DNA of 64,000 nucleotides from an uncultured Arcobacter sp. (GTDB taxonomy: Bacteria; Campylobacterota; Campylobacteria; Campylobacterales; Arcobacteraceae), in contig OZ223302.1 of assembly GCA_965140705.1 (NCBI GenBank), forward strand, positions 384,001 through 448,000, given 5' to 3'. The notes under the pieces were generated by a model. It had not been told where the DNA came from. It did not search any database and worked only from the letters and a program-made list of their open reading frames with translations. Positions 18,171 to 26,778 of this stretch are shown piece by piece. How positions within the stretch are numbered: the first letter of the stretch is position 1; each line of letters opens with the position of its first letter. The position numbers and the translations under genes are program-made.

Positions 18171-18951
18171 TATGATTTACTTTTTTACTTTTGAAGCCAA
18201 GAAACGCCATAATAAGGCTGATTGCCAAGGAAATTGCTAGTATTAAAAATACTTGTAAATCAAATTTCATATAAAGTGAAAATCTTATTGCTTCAACAAT
18301 ATAAGTAAATGGATTACAAGAAGAGAGATTAAAAAGAAAAATTGAAGAATCTTTTATTTTCCAAAGAGGATATAAAGCACTACTTAGAAAAAACATAGGA
18401 AATATTACGAAATTCATAACAGTAGCAAAATTTTCCAATTGTTTTATAACTGAAGAGATAAATAGTGCAAAGGCATTTAAAATAATAGATGAAATCATAA
18501 TTATAGGAATAGTTATTAAAATTGCTACATTTTCAATATCAACCCCATAAAGTTTTGCAACTATTAAAAAAGTAATTGCTTGAATTGTAGATACTACAGA
18601 AGTTGCAAACATCTTACAAAATAGTAAATAGTTTCTATTTATATATGAAGTTAGAAGTATCTTCATACTTCCCATTTCCCTATCAAATATCATGGTTAGT
18701 GAACTTTGCATACCATTAAAAAGTAAAACCATTCCCACAAGTCCAGGAACTATATATGTTTCATAAGTAATATATGTCTCATAAGGTGGTGTAATTGCCA
18801 AACCAAGAGCCGTTCTAAATCCAACTGAAAAGATAAATAACCAAAGTAAAGGTCTTACTAATGCTGAAAAGAAACGACTTTTTTGTTTTAAAAATCTTAT
18901 CAACTCTTTATAAACAATTCCCTGCATACAATATAAATATTTTTTCATCAT
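18166..18951 (-). CDS. ABC-2 type permease of PQQ-ADH clusters (PedC-like)
   Basis: RFFSALVRPLLWL, PPYETYITYETYIVPG, DREMGSM, QLENFA, SSALYPLW. Confidence 0.88.
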   Translation of the reverse strand: MMKKYLYCMQGIVYKELIRFLKQKSRFFSALVRPLLWLFIFSVGFRTALGLAITPPYETYITYETYIVPGLVGMVLLFNGMQSSLTMIFDREMGSMKILLTSYINRNYLLFCKMFATSVVSTIQAITFLIVAKLYGVDIENVAILITIPIIMISSIILNAFALFISSVIKQLENFATVMNFVIFPMFFLSSALYPLWKIKDSSIFLFNLSSCNPFTYIVEAIRFSLYMKFDLQVFLILAISLAISLIMAFLGFKSKKVNHS

Positions 18952-19674
18952 TTATCCTACAAGAAAATTAAAAGTATCAATAAGATTATCTTTTTCATAC
19001 TTTTGCATTAAGTTTTGAACAATTCCACTATCAACTATTTGTCCTGATTTTATGATTGATATATTATCTTCTAAATCTACCTCATCAAATAAATGGGTAA
19101 TCCAAAGTACAGATATACCATCTTGTTTTACTAAATTTCTTACATAATTTAAAATATCAAATCTACTTTTAACATCAAGTCCAACTGTAGGTTCATCCAA
19201 AAGTAAAAGTTTTGGCTTATTTATCAAAGCTCTTAAAATCTCTACTCTTCTTCTATGCCCACCATTTAATTTTCGCACTTGTGTATTTAAAACTTCATCT
19301 AACTCTAATTTTGTTATTTGAGAATCAATTGATTCTAATGTTTGTTTAAAACTTAAACCCTTTAATGAACCATAATAAAACAAGTTTTGTTTTACAGTCA
19401 AATCTAAATCCAATGTTGGTTCTTGAAATACAATACCAATATCTTTTAAAGCTTTTGAATAGTTTTTTATAGGATATCCATTTATATCTATCTCACCTTT
19501 TTGAAGATTTCGCAATCTTGTTATTAGTGAAAAAATTGTAGATTTTCCTGCCCCATTAAGTCCTAATAATACAGAAAATGTCCCCTCTTCTATTGAAAAA
19601 GAGACATTATTTAAAGCGACTTTTTGTCCATATGAATAATCAACATTTTTAAAATTTAAGATATTATTTTTCAT
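18952..19674 (-). CDS. ABC ATP-binding subunit (PedB-like)
   Basis: GLNGAGKST, LNGGHRRRVE, LLLDEPTVGLD, WITH. Confidence 0.9.
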   Translation of the reverse strand: MKNNILNFKNVDYSYGQKVALNNVSFSIEEGTFSVLLGLNGAGKSTIFSLITRLRNLQKGEIDINGYPIKNYSKALKDIGIVFQEPTLDLDLTVKQNLFYYGSLKGLSFKQTLESIDSQITKLELDEVLNTQVRKLNGGHRRRVEILRALINKPKLLLLDEPTVGLDVKSRFDILNYVRNLVKQDGISVLWITHLFDEVDLEDNISIIKSGQIVDSGIVQNLMQKYEKDNLIDTFNFLVG

Positions 19675-19678
19675 CTTT

Positions 19679-20635
19679 TTACTTTGGAATTACAGCAAGA
19701 CCCCAAGGGTATCGTCCTACTTTTATACTTTTTTCAACTTTTAAAGAAGCTACATCTATAACTGATACATCTCCACTTACACCATTTGTAGTATATAGTT
19801 TTGTTCCATTATTTGCAAAAGCCATATGCCAAACTCTTTTTCCTACTAATAGGTATTTTATCACTTTATATGTTTTTGTATCAACAACTGCAACATGATT
19901 TGCAGGTCCCAATGCCACAAAAGCATATTTCCCATCAGCTGTAAGTTTTATACCAACTGGTTGAATTAAGTCTTTAAATATTCCTGGGATTTTAAAACCT
20001 ATTTTAGCAACCATCTTTTTTGTTTTTGCATCTACAACCATAACTGTTCCACCTATTTCAGATGATGCCCAAACCATATCCCCATTTTTAGAAAATTCTA
20101 TATGTCTTGGTCTTTGATCTACCAATGTTGTATTTATGATTTTTTTTGTTTTTGTATCAATCCATTGTAAAAAATTCGAAGTTTCAGTTGTATTTATAGC
20201 AACTTTTCCATCAGGACTCACAGCCATTCCCTCTGGTTCTACTCCCACTTCTATTTGAGCAAGTACAGATTTATTTTGAGTATCAACAACTGTTACTATT
20301 GCATCATTTTCATTTGATATATAAAGTTCTTTTCCATCAGGAGTTAAGGCAAATTGTTCAGGATCTTCACCTGAGGGTAAATTATAAAGGATTTTTTTAC
20401 TTTTTAAATCTAATACTTGCACAGTATCATCATCACTTGCACAAATATATAATCTTGTATTTTCGTTATTTAAAAGTATACCTCTTGGTCTTTGTCCCAC
20501 ATTAATAGTATCTACTACTTTATTTGTATCTGAATCAATTACACTAATAGTGTTGTCCTTTTCATTTGATACATATATGGTATCTGCTAAGAGAAGAGTA
20601 CTAATAAGGCTTGAGGCTAAAACAATTTTTTTCAT
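19679..20635 (-). CDS. Periplasmic YVTN beta-propeller protein of PQQ-ADH clusters (PedA1-like)
   Basis: Signal peptide; repeats YVSNEKD, GEDPEQF, GVEPEG, YTTNG, VGRYPWG. Confidence 0.9.
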   Translation of the reverse strand: MKKIVLASSLISTLLLADTIYVSNEKDNTISVIDSDTNKVVDTINVGQRPRGILLNNENTRLYICASDDDTVQVLDLKSKKILYNLPSGEDPEQFALTPDGKELYISNENDAIVTVVDTQNKSVLAQIEVGVEPEGMAVSPDGKVAINTTETSNFLQWIDTKTKKIINTTLVDQRPRHIEFSKNGDMVWASSEIGGTVMVVDAKTKKMVAKIGFKIPGIFKDLIQPVGIKLTADGKYAFVALGPANHVAVVDTKTYKVIKYLLVGKRVWHMAFANNGTKLYTTNGVSGDVSVIDVASLKVEKSIKVGRYPWGLAVIPK

Positions 20636-20662
20636 TTTATTTCCTTTAAATTAAATTCCCTA

Positions 20663-20738
20663 ATTGTATATGATATTTATAGCCTAAGTTTAGCGATATC
20701 TTTTTTGCTAAACTTAGGCTATAAATATTGTATATACT
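20663..20738. promoter_or_regulatory. Back-to-back divergent promoters, each with the regulon box
   Basis: Minus: GCTAAA-CTTAG-GCTATA-N9-TACAAT; plus: GCTAAA-CTTAG-GCTATA-N9-TATACT; together they form a perfect 22-bp inverted repeat (20673-20694/20707-20728). Confidence 0.85.
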
Positions 20739-20763
20739 AAATAAAAAGTTTTAAAGGGAAAAT

Positions 20764-21912
20764 ATGAAATTTTTACTATTAACATTTATCTTACTTAGTT
20801 TTTTAAAAGCAGAACTTTTAAATGTAAATATTCTATACCTAGAACAAAAAATACAAAAGCCTCCTGTTTTATCAAATGTAATAGCTGATCCTGATGATTT
20901 AGGTATAAAAGGAGCAGAACTTTCAATAAAAGATAGTAATAAAAGTGCAAAATTTCTAAATCAAAATTTTACTCTTGAAAAAACAATCTCTTTTGATAAA
21001 AAAGAGTTAATAAAAAGTTTTGAAAAATTTATAAATGCTGGTAATAGTTATGTGATATTGAACGTGGAAGATGATTTATTAAAAGAGTTACTAAAAAATC
21101 CACTATCAAAAAAAGCATTATTCTTTAATGCAAGTAGTCAAACTACAAGTTTAAGACAAGATTATTGTCAAGAAAACCTCCTTCACACAACTCCTAGTTA
21201 TGCCATGCTTTATGATGGATTAGCACAATTTTTAGTAAAAAGAAATTTTAAAAATATATTTTTATTAAGTGGTAAAAATCCAAAAGATATTGAAATAACA
21301 AAAGATATAAAAAGAGCTGTTAAGAAGTTTGGTTTAAAAATAGTAAAAGAAAAAGTTTGGGAAAACAATACTGATATTAGAAGAAAAGCTAGTGCAGAAT
21401 TTCCTTCATTTACCCAAGCTGATGATTATGATGTATTAGTTGTGGCTGATTATTATGGGGACTTTGGAGAATTCTTGTATTTTAATACTTGGCTTCCACG
21501 ACCAATAGCAGGGACACAAGGATTAATGCCAGTTTTATGGCACAGGGTAATTGAAGCTTGGGGTGCAGCTCAAATGCAAAAAAGATTTGAAAAATTTGCC
21601 TCAAGATGGATGCAATCAAAAGACTTTTCAAATTGGATAGCTGTTAGAACAATTGTAACTTCAGTAATGAATACAAAGGCAAAAGATTTAAATACAAATA
21701 TGAAATATATACATTCAAAAGATTTTGAATTGGGTGCATATTTAGGAAGAAAACTCTCTTTTAGAGATTATAATGGGCAAATTAGATTGCCAATTTCCCT
21801 TGTTCAACCAAGAGCTTTAATATCTACTTCCCCACAAGTAGGATTTTTACACCCTATTACTGATTTAGATACTATGGGAATCGCACCCTTTGAAATGAAG
21901 TGTAAAAAGTAA
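20764..21912 (+). CDS. ABC substrate-binding protein of the PQQ-ADH-associated type (branched-chain SBP fold)
   Basis: Signal peptide; PRPIAGTQGL, EAWGAAQMQKRF, LSFRDYNGQIR, SPQVGFLHPITDLDTMG. Confidence 0.85.
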   Translation: MKFLLLTFILLSFLKAELLNVNILYLEQKIQKPPVLSNVIADPDDLGIKGAELSIKDSNKSAKFLNQNFTLEKTISFDKKELIKSFEKFINAGNSYVILNVEDDLLKELLKNPLSKKALFFNASSQTTSLRQDYCQENLLHTTPSYAMLYDGLAQFLVKRNFKNIFLLSGKNPKDIEITKDIKRAVKKFGLKIVKEKVWENNTDIRRKASAEFPSFTQADDYDVLVVADYYGDFGEFLYFNTWLPRPIAGTQGLMPVLWHRVIEAWGAAQMQKRFEKFASRWMQSKDFSNWIAVRTIVTSVMNTKAKDLNTNMKYIHSKDFELGAYLGRKLSFRDYNGQIRLPISLVQPRALISTSPQVGFLHPITDLDTMGIAPFEMKCKK

Positions 21913-22370
21913 TGAAAGCATTTTTTCTATTTTCACTACTTTTCTGTTTTTTAAATGCTGATTATAAAATAATTGAAAATAAAAATCTATTTTTAGTGGA
22001 AGTTACTAATTCTAGTTTTGAAAAAGATTTAGTTGATTTAAAAGATGAGATAAATTATGAAGGTTTTACTATCGTTTATGAACTAAATCTTGCAAAAGCT
22101 ACAAATGAATTAGCAACTTTTCTAGGAGAAGAAGGAGTTTTAAAAAAGGGCATAAACCTTGGCATTTGTAAAAGTAGTTTTACTTTACAAATGATAAAAG
22201 AAAATTTCAATAATATAAACTATTGTCCTTTAGCTATATCAATTTACAAAAAAGATAAAAATAAAACTTATATCTCATATAAATTCTACAAAACCTTTAA
22301 AGATAATGACAAAATCGCCAATAAAATCAACGAAACACTAAAAAAACTGATTTTAGATAGCTTAGATTAA
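21912..22370 (+). CDS. Periplasmic DUF302-like protein
   Basis: Signal peptide; two conserved-looking Cys (GICK, YCPLAISIY); coupled to the SBP gene. Confidence 0.6.
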   Translation: MKAFFLFSLLFCFLNADYKIIENKNLFLVEVTNSSFEKDLVDLKDEINYEGFTIVYELNLAKATNELATFLGEEGVLKKGINLGICKSSFTLQMIKENFNNINYCPLAISIYKKDKNKTYISYKFYKTFKDNDKIANKINETLKKLILDSLD

Positions 22371-22390
22371 AGCCTATAAAAAGGCTTTTT
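22369..22390 (+). terminator. Terminator after the DUF302 gene
   Basis: AAAGCCT-ATAAAA-AGGCTTTT. Confidence 0.5.
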
Positions 22391-22412
22391 CTAAAATAAA
22401 ATCATCTTTTCC

Positions 22413-22470
22413 TTGACATTAGTTAGATATCTAACTATAATTTCGATACAAGTAGTTAGATATCTAACTA
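22413..22470 (+). promoter_or_regulatory. Consensus sigma70 promoter with two perfect palindromic operators (likely MarR sites)
   Basis: TTGACA (22413)-17 bp-TATAAT (22436); TAGTTAGATATCTAACTA at 22420-22437 and 22453-22470. Confidence 0.85.
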
Positions 22471-22487
22471 AGACAAAAGGATAAAAT

Positions 22488-23336
22488 ATGAAAAAGAGTC
22501 TTGGAATATTAATATTTGTTATTTTTGCTTTTACAGCTTGTGTAAATAATACAAATTTACAAAAGCAAAATAAACAAATCACAAAAAAAGAAAAAGTTGT
22601 TGAGTTATTAAACTCAATTGAAACAGGAGATACAAAATCAGTATCATATATCAATCAAAATAAATATATTCAACACAATTTAGCTGTAAAAGATGGAGTG
22701 AAAGGCTTTGCAGAAATTTTGAGTAAACTTCCTAAAGGAAGTGCTAAAGTTGAAGTCAAAAGAGTTTTTGAAGATGGAAATTATATATTTACACATACAA
22801 AATATAATTTCTTTGGAGAAAAAGTGGGTTTTGATGTATTTAGGTTTGAAAATGGAAAAATCGTTGAACATTGGGATAACTTACAACCTATTTCAAAAAC
22901 AACAGCAAGTGGTAGATCTCAAATTGATGGTGCTACAAAAGTAGAAGATATAGAAAAAACTATTCAAAACAAACTATTAATTAAAAATTTTGTAAATGAT
23001 ATTTTAATGGGTAAAAAACCAAATAAAATCACAAACTATATTTCTACTAAAAAATATCTACAACACAATCCAAATGTAAAAGATGGATTAAGTGGTTTAG
23101 GTGAAGCCTTAAGTGCCTTATCAAAAGCTGGTATACCAATGATATATGAAAAAAATCATATGATTTTAGGAGAGGGAAATTTTGTTTTAGCAATAAGTGA
23201 AGGAATTTTTATGAATAAAAAAGCTAGTTTTTACGATTTATTTAGAATAGAAGATGGAAAAATTGTTGAGCATTGGGATACAATTGAAGAGATTCTTCCA
23301 AAATCTAAATGGCAAAACTCTAATGGTAAATTCTAA
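22488..23336 (+). CDS. Lipoprotein with tandem SnoaL/NTF2-like domains
   Basis: FTAC lipobox; internal duplication YIQHN...DVFRFENGKIVEHWD / YLQHN...DLFRIEDGKIVEHWD. Confidence 0.85.
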   Translation: MKKSLGILIFVIFAFTACVNNTNLQKQNKQITKKEKVVELLNSIETGDTKSVSYINQNKYIQHNLAVKDGVKGFAEILSKLPKGSAKVEVKRVFEDGNYIFTHTKYNFFGEKVGFDVFRFENGKIVEHWDNLQPISKTTASGRSQIDGATKVEDIEKTIQNKLLIKNFVNDILMGKKPNKITNYISTKKYLQHNPNVKDGLSGLGEALSALSKAGIPMIYEKNHMILGEGNFVLAISEGIFMNKKASFYDLFRIEDGKIVEHWDTIEEILPKSKWQNSNGKF

Positions 23337-23343
23337 TCAAAGA

Positions 23344-23372
23344 TTAAATGTAGCTATTTTTGCTGCATTTAA
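23344..23372 (+). terminator. Hairpin after the SnoaL gene
   Basis: TTAAATGTAGC-TATTTTT-GCTGCATTTAA (one G-U pair). Confidence 0.5.
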
Positions 23373-23376
23373 GCCC

Positions 23377-23405
23377 TTGACAATAATTAGTCATCTAACT
23401 ATAAT
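23377..23405 (+). promoter_or_regulatory. Consensus sigma70 promoter of marR with a degenerate operator
   Basis: TTGACA (23377)-17 bp-TATAAT (23400); TAATTAGTCATCTAACTA matches the operator at 15/18. Confidence 0.8.
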
Positions 23406-23411
23406 CAAAAA

Positions 23412-23849
23412 ATGAAAAAAGAATTAATTGCCCTTGCAAGTAAGGTAACTGATTTATCAAATAAATTAATTATCTCCCAATTAGAAAAAAACAATATAAA
23501 TGGTATTGTTCCATCCCACGGTAGTATTTTTATTTTATTGTATGAAAATGAACAAGTTACCATGAAAGACATAGCAGACTTTGTCCATAAAACAAAACCG
23601 ACCGTTACAATCTTAGTAGATAAGTTAGTAAAAATGGGTTATGTTAAAAAAGAAAAATCAAAAACAGATTCAAGGGTTACCTTTGTAGAATTAACACAAA
23701 AGGGTAAAGATCTAAAACCAGTATTTGAAGAAATCTCAAATAACATAAATAATATTATTTATAAAAACTTAACTACAAACGAAGCAATTCAAACAGAAAA
23801 AACTTTAAAAAAAGTAATTGCCAATCTAAATTTTGAAGATATAGTTTAA
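23412..23849 (+). CDS. MarR-family transcriptional regulator
   Basis: TMKDIA...KPTVTILVDKLVKMGYV, DSRVTFVELTQKG. Confidence 0.92.
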   Translation: MKKELIALASKVTDLSNKLIISQLEKNNINGIVPSHGSIFILLYENEQVTMKDIADFVHKTKPTVTILVDKLVKMGYVKKEKSKTDSRVTFVELTQKGKDLKPVFEEISNNINNIIYKNLTTNEAIQTEKTLKKVIANLNFEDIV

Positions 23850-24244
23850 TATTTTCCAAATATTTTATAAGTCTTATCTTCAAATAGTACAAAAACTGTC
23901 TTAGGACTTTTCTCATTTTCATATGCTGGAAGTGATAAACCTATGGCATTTTTTGGTTTTCTTTTAAAAAAATCTTTTATAGCTCTAGCTGGAACATTTC
24001 CTTCAAATACATAATCATCTATGATAGAGGTATTACATGATTGTATCTCTTTTGGAATACCTATTTCTTTTTTTAGATTTTTTACATTCATCAAAGAGAC
24101 TACATTTACCTCTTTTACTTCTTTTGTCATATCTTTAATCCAATCTTGGGGACAAGTTCCTGTTACTGGTTTATATATTTGCATCATAGAGTTTTGGGCG
24201 CTTAAAAAGCTCGCAAATATTGAGATAAAAATTAACTTTTTCAT
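23846..24244 (-). CDS. Periplasmic DUF411/CopG-like protein with degenerate metal ligands
   Basis: Signal peptide; YKPVTGTCPQDW, SCNT, YVFEGNVPA, AIGLSLP correspond to the DUF411 motifs CGCC/SCHT/EGHVPA/GLAVPGM. Confidence 0.7.
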   Translation of the reverse strand: MKKLIFISIFASFLSAQNSMMQIYKPVTGTCPQDWIKDMTKEVKEVNVVSLMNVKNLKKEIGIPKEIQSCNTSIIDDYVFEGNVPARAIKDFFKRKPKNAIGLSLPAYENEKSPKTVFVLFEDKTYKIFGKY

Positions 24245-24939
24245 ATCTTTCCTTCTAAAATTTTAGGGTATAAATCTAAAATTATATTTTTCTTTTCATC
24301 TATTTTTTTAATATCTGATTCTTGATTATTATCATTTTTATAATCCAAAATCTTCGTAGCATAAGTAGAGCTTAAAAAGATTATTCTACTTGATAAGTGT
24401 ACAGCTTCACTCAAATCATGGGTTACAAGAATAACTGTAGGATTAAACTTTTTACAAAAAATCAAAAAATCTTTTTTCAAAGCCATTGAAGTTGGATAAT
24501 CAAGTGAAATAAAAGGCTCATCTAAAACTATTATTTTAGGTCTATTTATAAAAGCTCTTATTAGTGCAATTCGTCTTTTCATTCCACCTGATAATCTATT
24601 TGGATACTCATTTAAAATATGATTTAAGCCAATTAAAGAAAGAAGTTCTTCTATCTCTTCTATATCTTTTGTTTTTGAAACAAGAAGTAGATTATCTTTT
24701 ATATTAAGCCAAGGCAGTAATCTATCATCTTGAAACATAAAAGAGAGTTTTGAAAAATCCCCCGATAAACTCCCTATATAATTAGTATCTAAGCCTGATA
24801 CAATATTTAATATTGTGGTCTTTCCACAACCAGAAGGTCCAATAATAGAGATAAGTTCACCCTCTTCAATGGAAATATTTATATCTTTTAATATAATAGT
24901 TTTAGCAAATTTTTTTTCTAATATATTTATATTTAACAT
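24241..24939 (-). CDS. NitT/TauT-family ABC ATPase (LutE-like)
   Basis: GPSGCGKTT, FQDDRLLPWL, LSGGMKRR, LDEPFISLD, VTHD. Confidence 0.88.
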   Translation of the reverse strand: MLNINILEKKFAKTIILKDINISIEEGELISIIGPSGCGKTTILNIVSGLDTNYIGSLSGDFSKLSFMFQDDRLLPWLNIKDNLLLVSKTKDIEEIEELLSLIGLNHILNEYPNRLSGGMKRRIALIRAFINRPKIIVLDEPFISLDYPTSMALKKDFLIFCKKFNPTVILVTHDLSEAVHLSSRIIFLSSTYATKILDYKNDNNQESDIKKIDEKKNIILDLYPKILEGKI

Positions 24940-24940
24940 C

Positions 24941-25690
24941 TTATTTCCAAGCTTTTAATTTAATATCTATTGGTTTTAATATCTTATGTTCTATTAGTAA
25001 AATTACAGAAATAAATGCAAAAGAGTAAGCCAAAATAGAAGAGATATCAAAATATTGATAAAACATACTTATTTGAAAACCGATTCCATCACTTCTACCA
25101 AGTAATTCTACTACTAGAACAATTTTCCAAATAAGAGAAAGGGATAATCTAGTTGTTGCTAGAAGATAAGGGTATAATTGAGGAAGATAAATATTAAGAA
25201 AAATCTCTTTTCTTGATAATTTATATATCTTTGCAAAATCCATATACTTTTTATCAAAAGCCTTTGTTCCTTCCCTAATATTTACAATCACGATTGGAAC
25301 TTTATTTATAACGACTGCTAAAATAGCTGAGAAATCAGTAAGTCCAAACCAAATATAGCAAATAATAATAGTAACGAGTGCTGGAATATTTAGACCTAAA
25401 ATTAAGAAGAAATCAAAAAAATCATCAACTTTTTTATAAAATCCCATGAGCAAACCAAAGAGTATCCCTATAAACATAGTAATAAAAAATGCTACAAATA
25501 CTCTACATAAAGTAATAAATAGATTCCAAAAAAGATCTTTATTTTTAATGTGTTCCTCTAAACTTTTTACAATATCAATTATACTAGGAAACAAGTCAGA
25601 ATTAATCAGCAAAGAAAGGGCTTGCCAAAGAATCAAAAATAGCATAAAAGAGAATATTTTAGTTTGATTTTTTTCCATTATTTCAACCAA
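24941..25690 (-). CDS. NitT/TauT-family ABC permease (LutF-like)
   Basis: Multiple TM segments; NIPALVTII, WFGL, WKIVLVVELLGRSDGIGFQI. Confidence 0.88.
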   Translation of the reverse strand: MVEIMEKNQTKIFSFMLFLILWQALSLLINSDLFPSIIDIVKSLEEHIKNKDLFWNLFITLCRVFVAFFITMFIGILFGLLMGFYKKVDDFFDFFLILGLNIPALVTIIICYIWFGLTDFSAILAVVINKVPIVIVNIREGTKAFDKKYMDFAKIYKLSRKEIFLNIYLPQLYPYLLATTRLSLSLIWKIVLVVELLGRSDGIGFQISMFYQYFDISSILAYSFAFISVILLIEHKILKPIDIKLKAWK

Positions 25691-26631
25691 AATATACTTT
25701 CATCAAAAGGTACATTTTTACTTATATAGTTTGCACCAGCTTCTTTTGATAATATCTTATAAACTTTTTTTAACTCACTTATATCTTCTTTTGTAAACTC
25801 TTTTATTATTCCTTTTATATACTCTTGTTTTAAAGTAACAAAGATTTTATTATCTTTTGTTTTTACTAGTTTTTTTATCTTATCCCATTGTTTATCATCA
25901 CTTGCTAATAACTCTTTTGATTGTAAACTTGTATTTAAAAAAGAGTTTATTAAAGCTTTGTTTTTCAAAGCAAAATCTTTATTAAATATCCATCCTACAA
26001 AACTTATGTCACTATTTACTCCTAAACTTTTTAAAATATCACTTATTTGTACCAAAGGAGCAAACTTTTCTTTTGGAAGTTTAGCATTAAAGTGCCAGAA
26101 GTTAATTGCTGCATTTAAAGAGTTATCCATCATCTTTTTATATAAAATTGGAGGGGAAGCAAATACTGGCTTAACTATCTCTTCAAATTTTTTACCATTT
26201 TCTTTTTTATAAAAGGCTCTAAAAAGCAACCAAGTTTTATCATAGATTCCACCTGAAATACCTAATTCTCTATTTTCTAAATCACTTAAGTTATTTATTC
26301 CACTTTGTTTATTGACCATCAACGTACCCAAAGCCTTTGAATATGGATAAAAAAGAAAATTTTTACCTTTACTTTTTTGTTTATTTACCCAAATCCAATC
26401 ATTTACTATCAAATCAACCTTATTTGCTTGTAAAGAGATTAGTTGGGCATTTTTTGATGCTAATTTTACTATTTCTAAATCAAAACCATTTTTCTTATCA
26501 AGACCATTTTGTTTTAAAATTTCTAAGCCCCAATTTACAGTTCCATATGCTAAAATCCCCACTCTAAGTTTTTGTTGGGCATTTAAGTTAATTAAAAAAA
26601 AGATGAAAACTAAAAATATCTTGTATTTCAT
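25678..26631 (-). CDS. NitT/TauT-family ABC substrate-binding protein (LutA-like)
   Basis: Signal peptide; LRVGILAYGTVNW, DLIVNDWIWV, PYS, NFWHFNAKL. Confidence 0.82.
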   Translation of the reverse strand: MKYKIFLVFIFFLINLNAQQKLRVGILAYGTVNWGLEILKQNGLDKKNGFDLEIVKLASKNAQLISLQANKVDLIVNDWIWVNKQKSKGKNFLFYPYSKALGTLMVNKQSGINNLSDLENRELGISGGIYDKTWLLFRAFYKKENGKKFEEIVKPVFASPPILYKKMMDNSLNAAINFWHFNAKLPKEKFAPLVQISDILKSLGVNSDISFVGWIFNKDFALKNKALINSFLNTSLQSKELLASDDKQWDKIKKLVKTKDNKIFVTLKQEYIKGIIKEFTKEDISELKKVYKILSKEAGANYISKNVPFDESIFWLK

Positions 26632-26660
26632 GATTACGCCTTAAAATAGTGATTTGTAAA

Positions 26661-26745
26661 ATTGTATACAAAATTTATAGCTTGAATTTAGCGTAATTAA
26701 AAAAAATTTAATCGCTATAATCAGGCTATAAAATATTTGTATAGT
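26661..26745. promoter_or_regulatory. Second pair of divergent promoters with regulon boxes
   Basis: Minus: GCTAAA-TTCAA-GCTATA-N9-TACAAT (26692-26661); plus: GCTATA-ATCAG-GCTATA-N9-TATAGT (26714-26745). Confidence 0.82.
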
Positions 26746-26778
26746 TTCGTTATCAGAAAATTTTACAAAGGAAGATAG

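Noticed and set aside
22391..22654. 87-aa minus-strand ORF containing a repeated VRYLT peptide
   Set aside because: The repeat is simply the translated operator palindrome; the ORF is antisense to the SnoaL gene and its promoter
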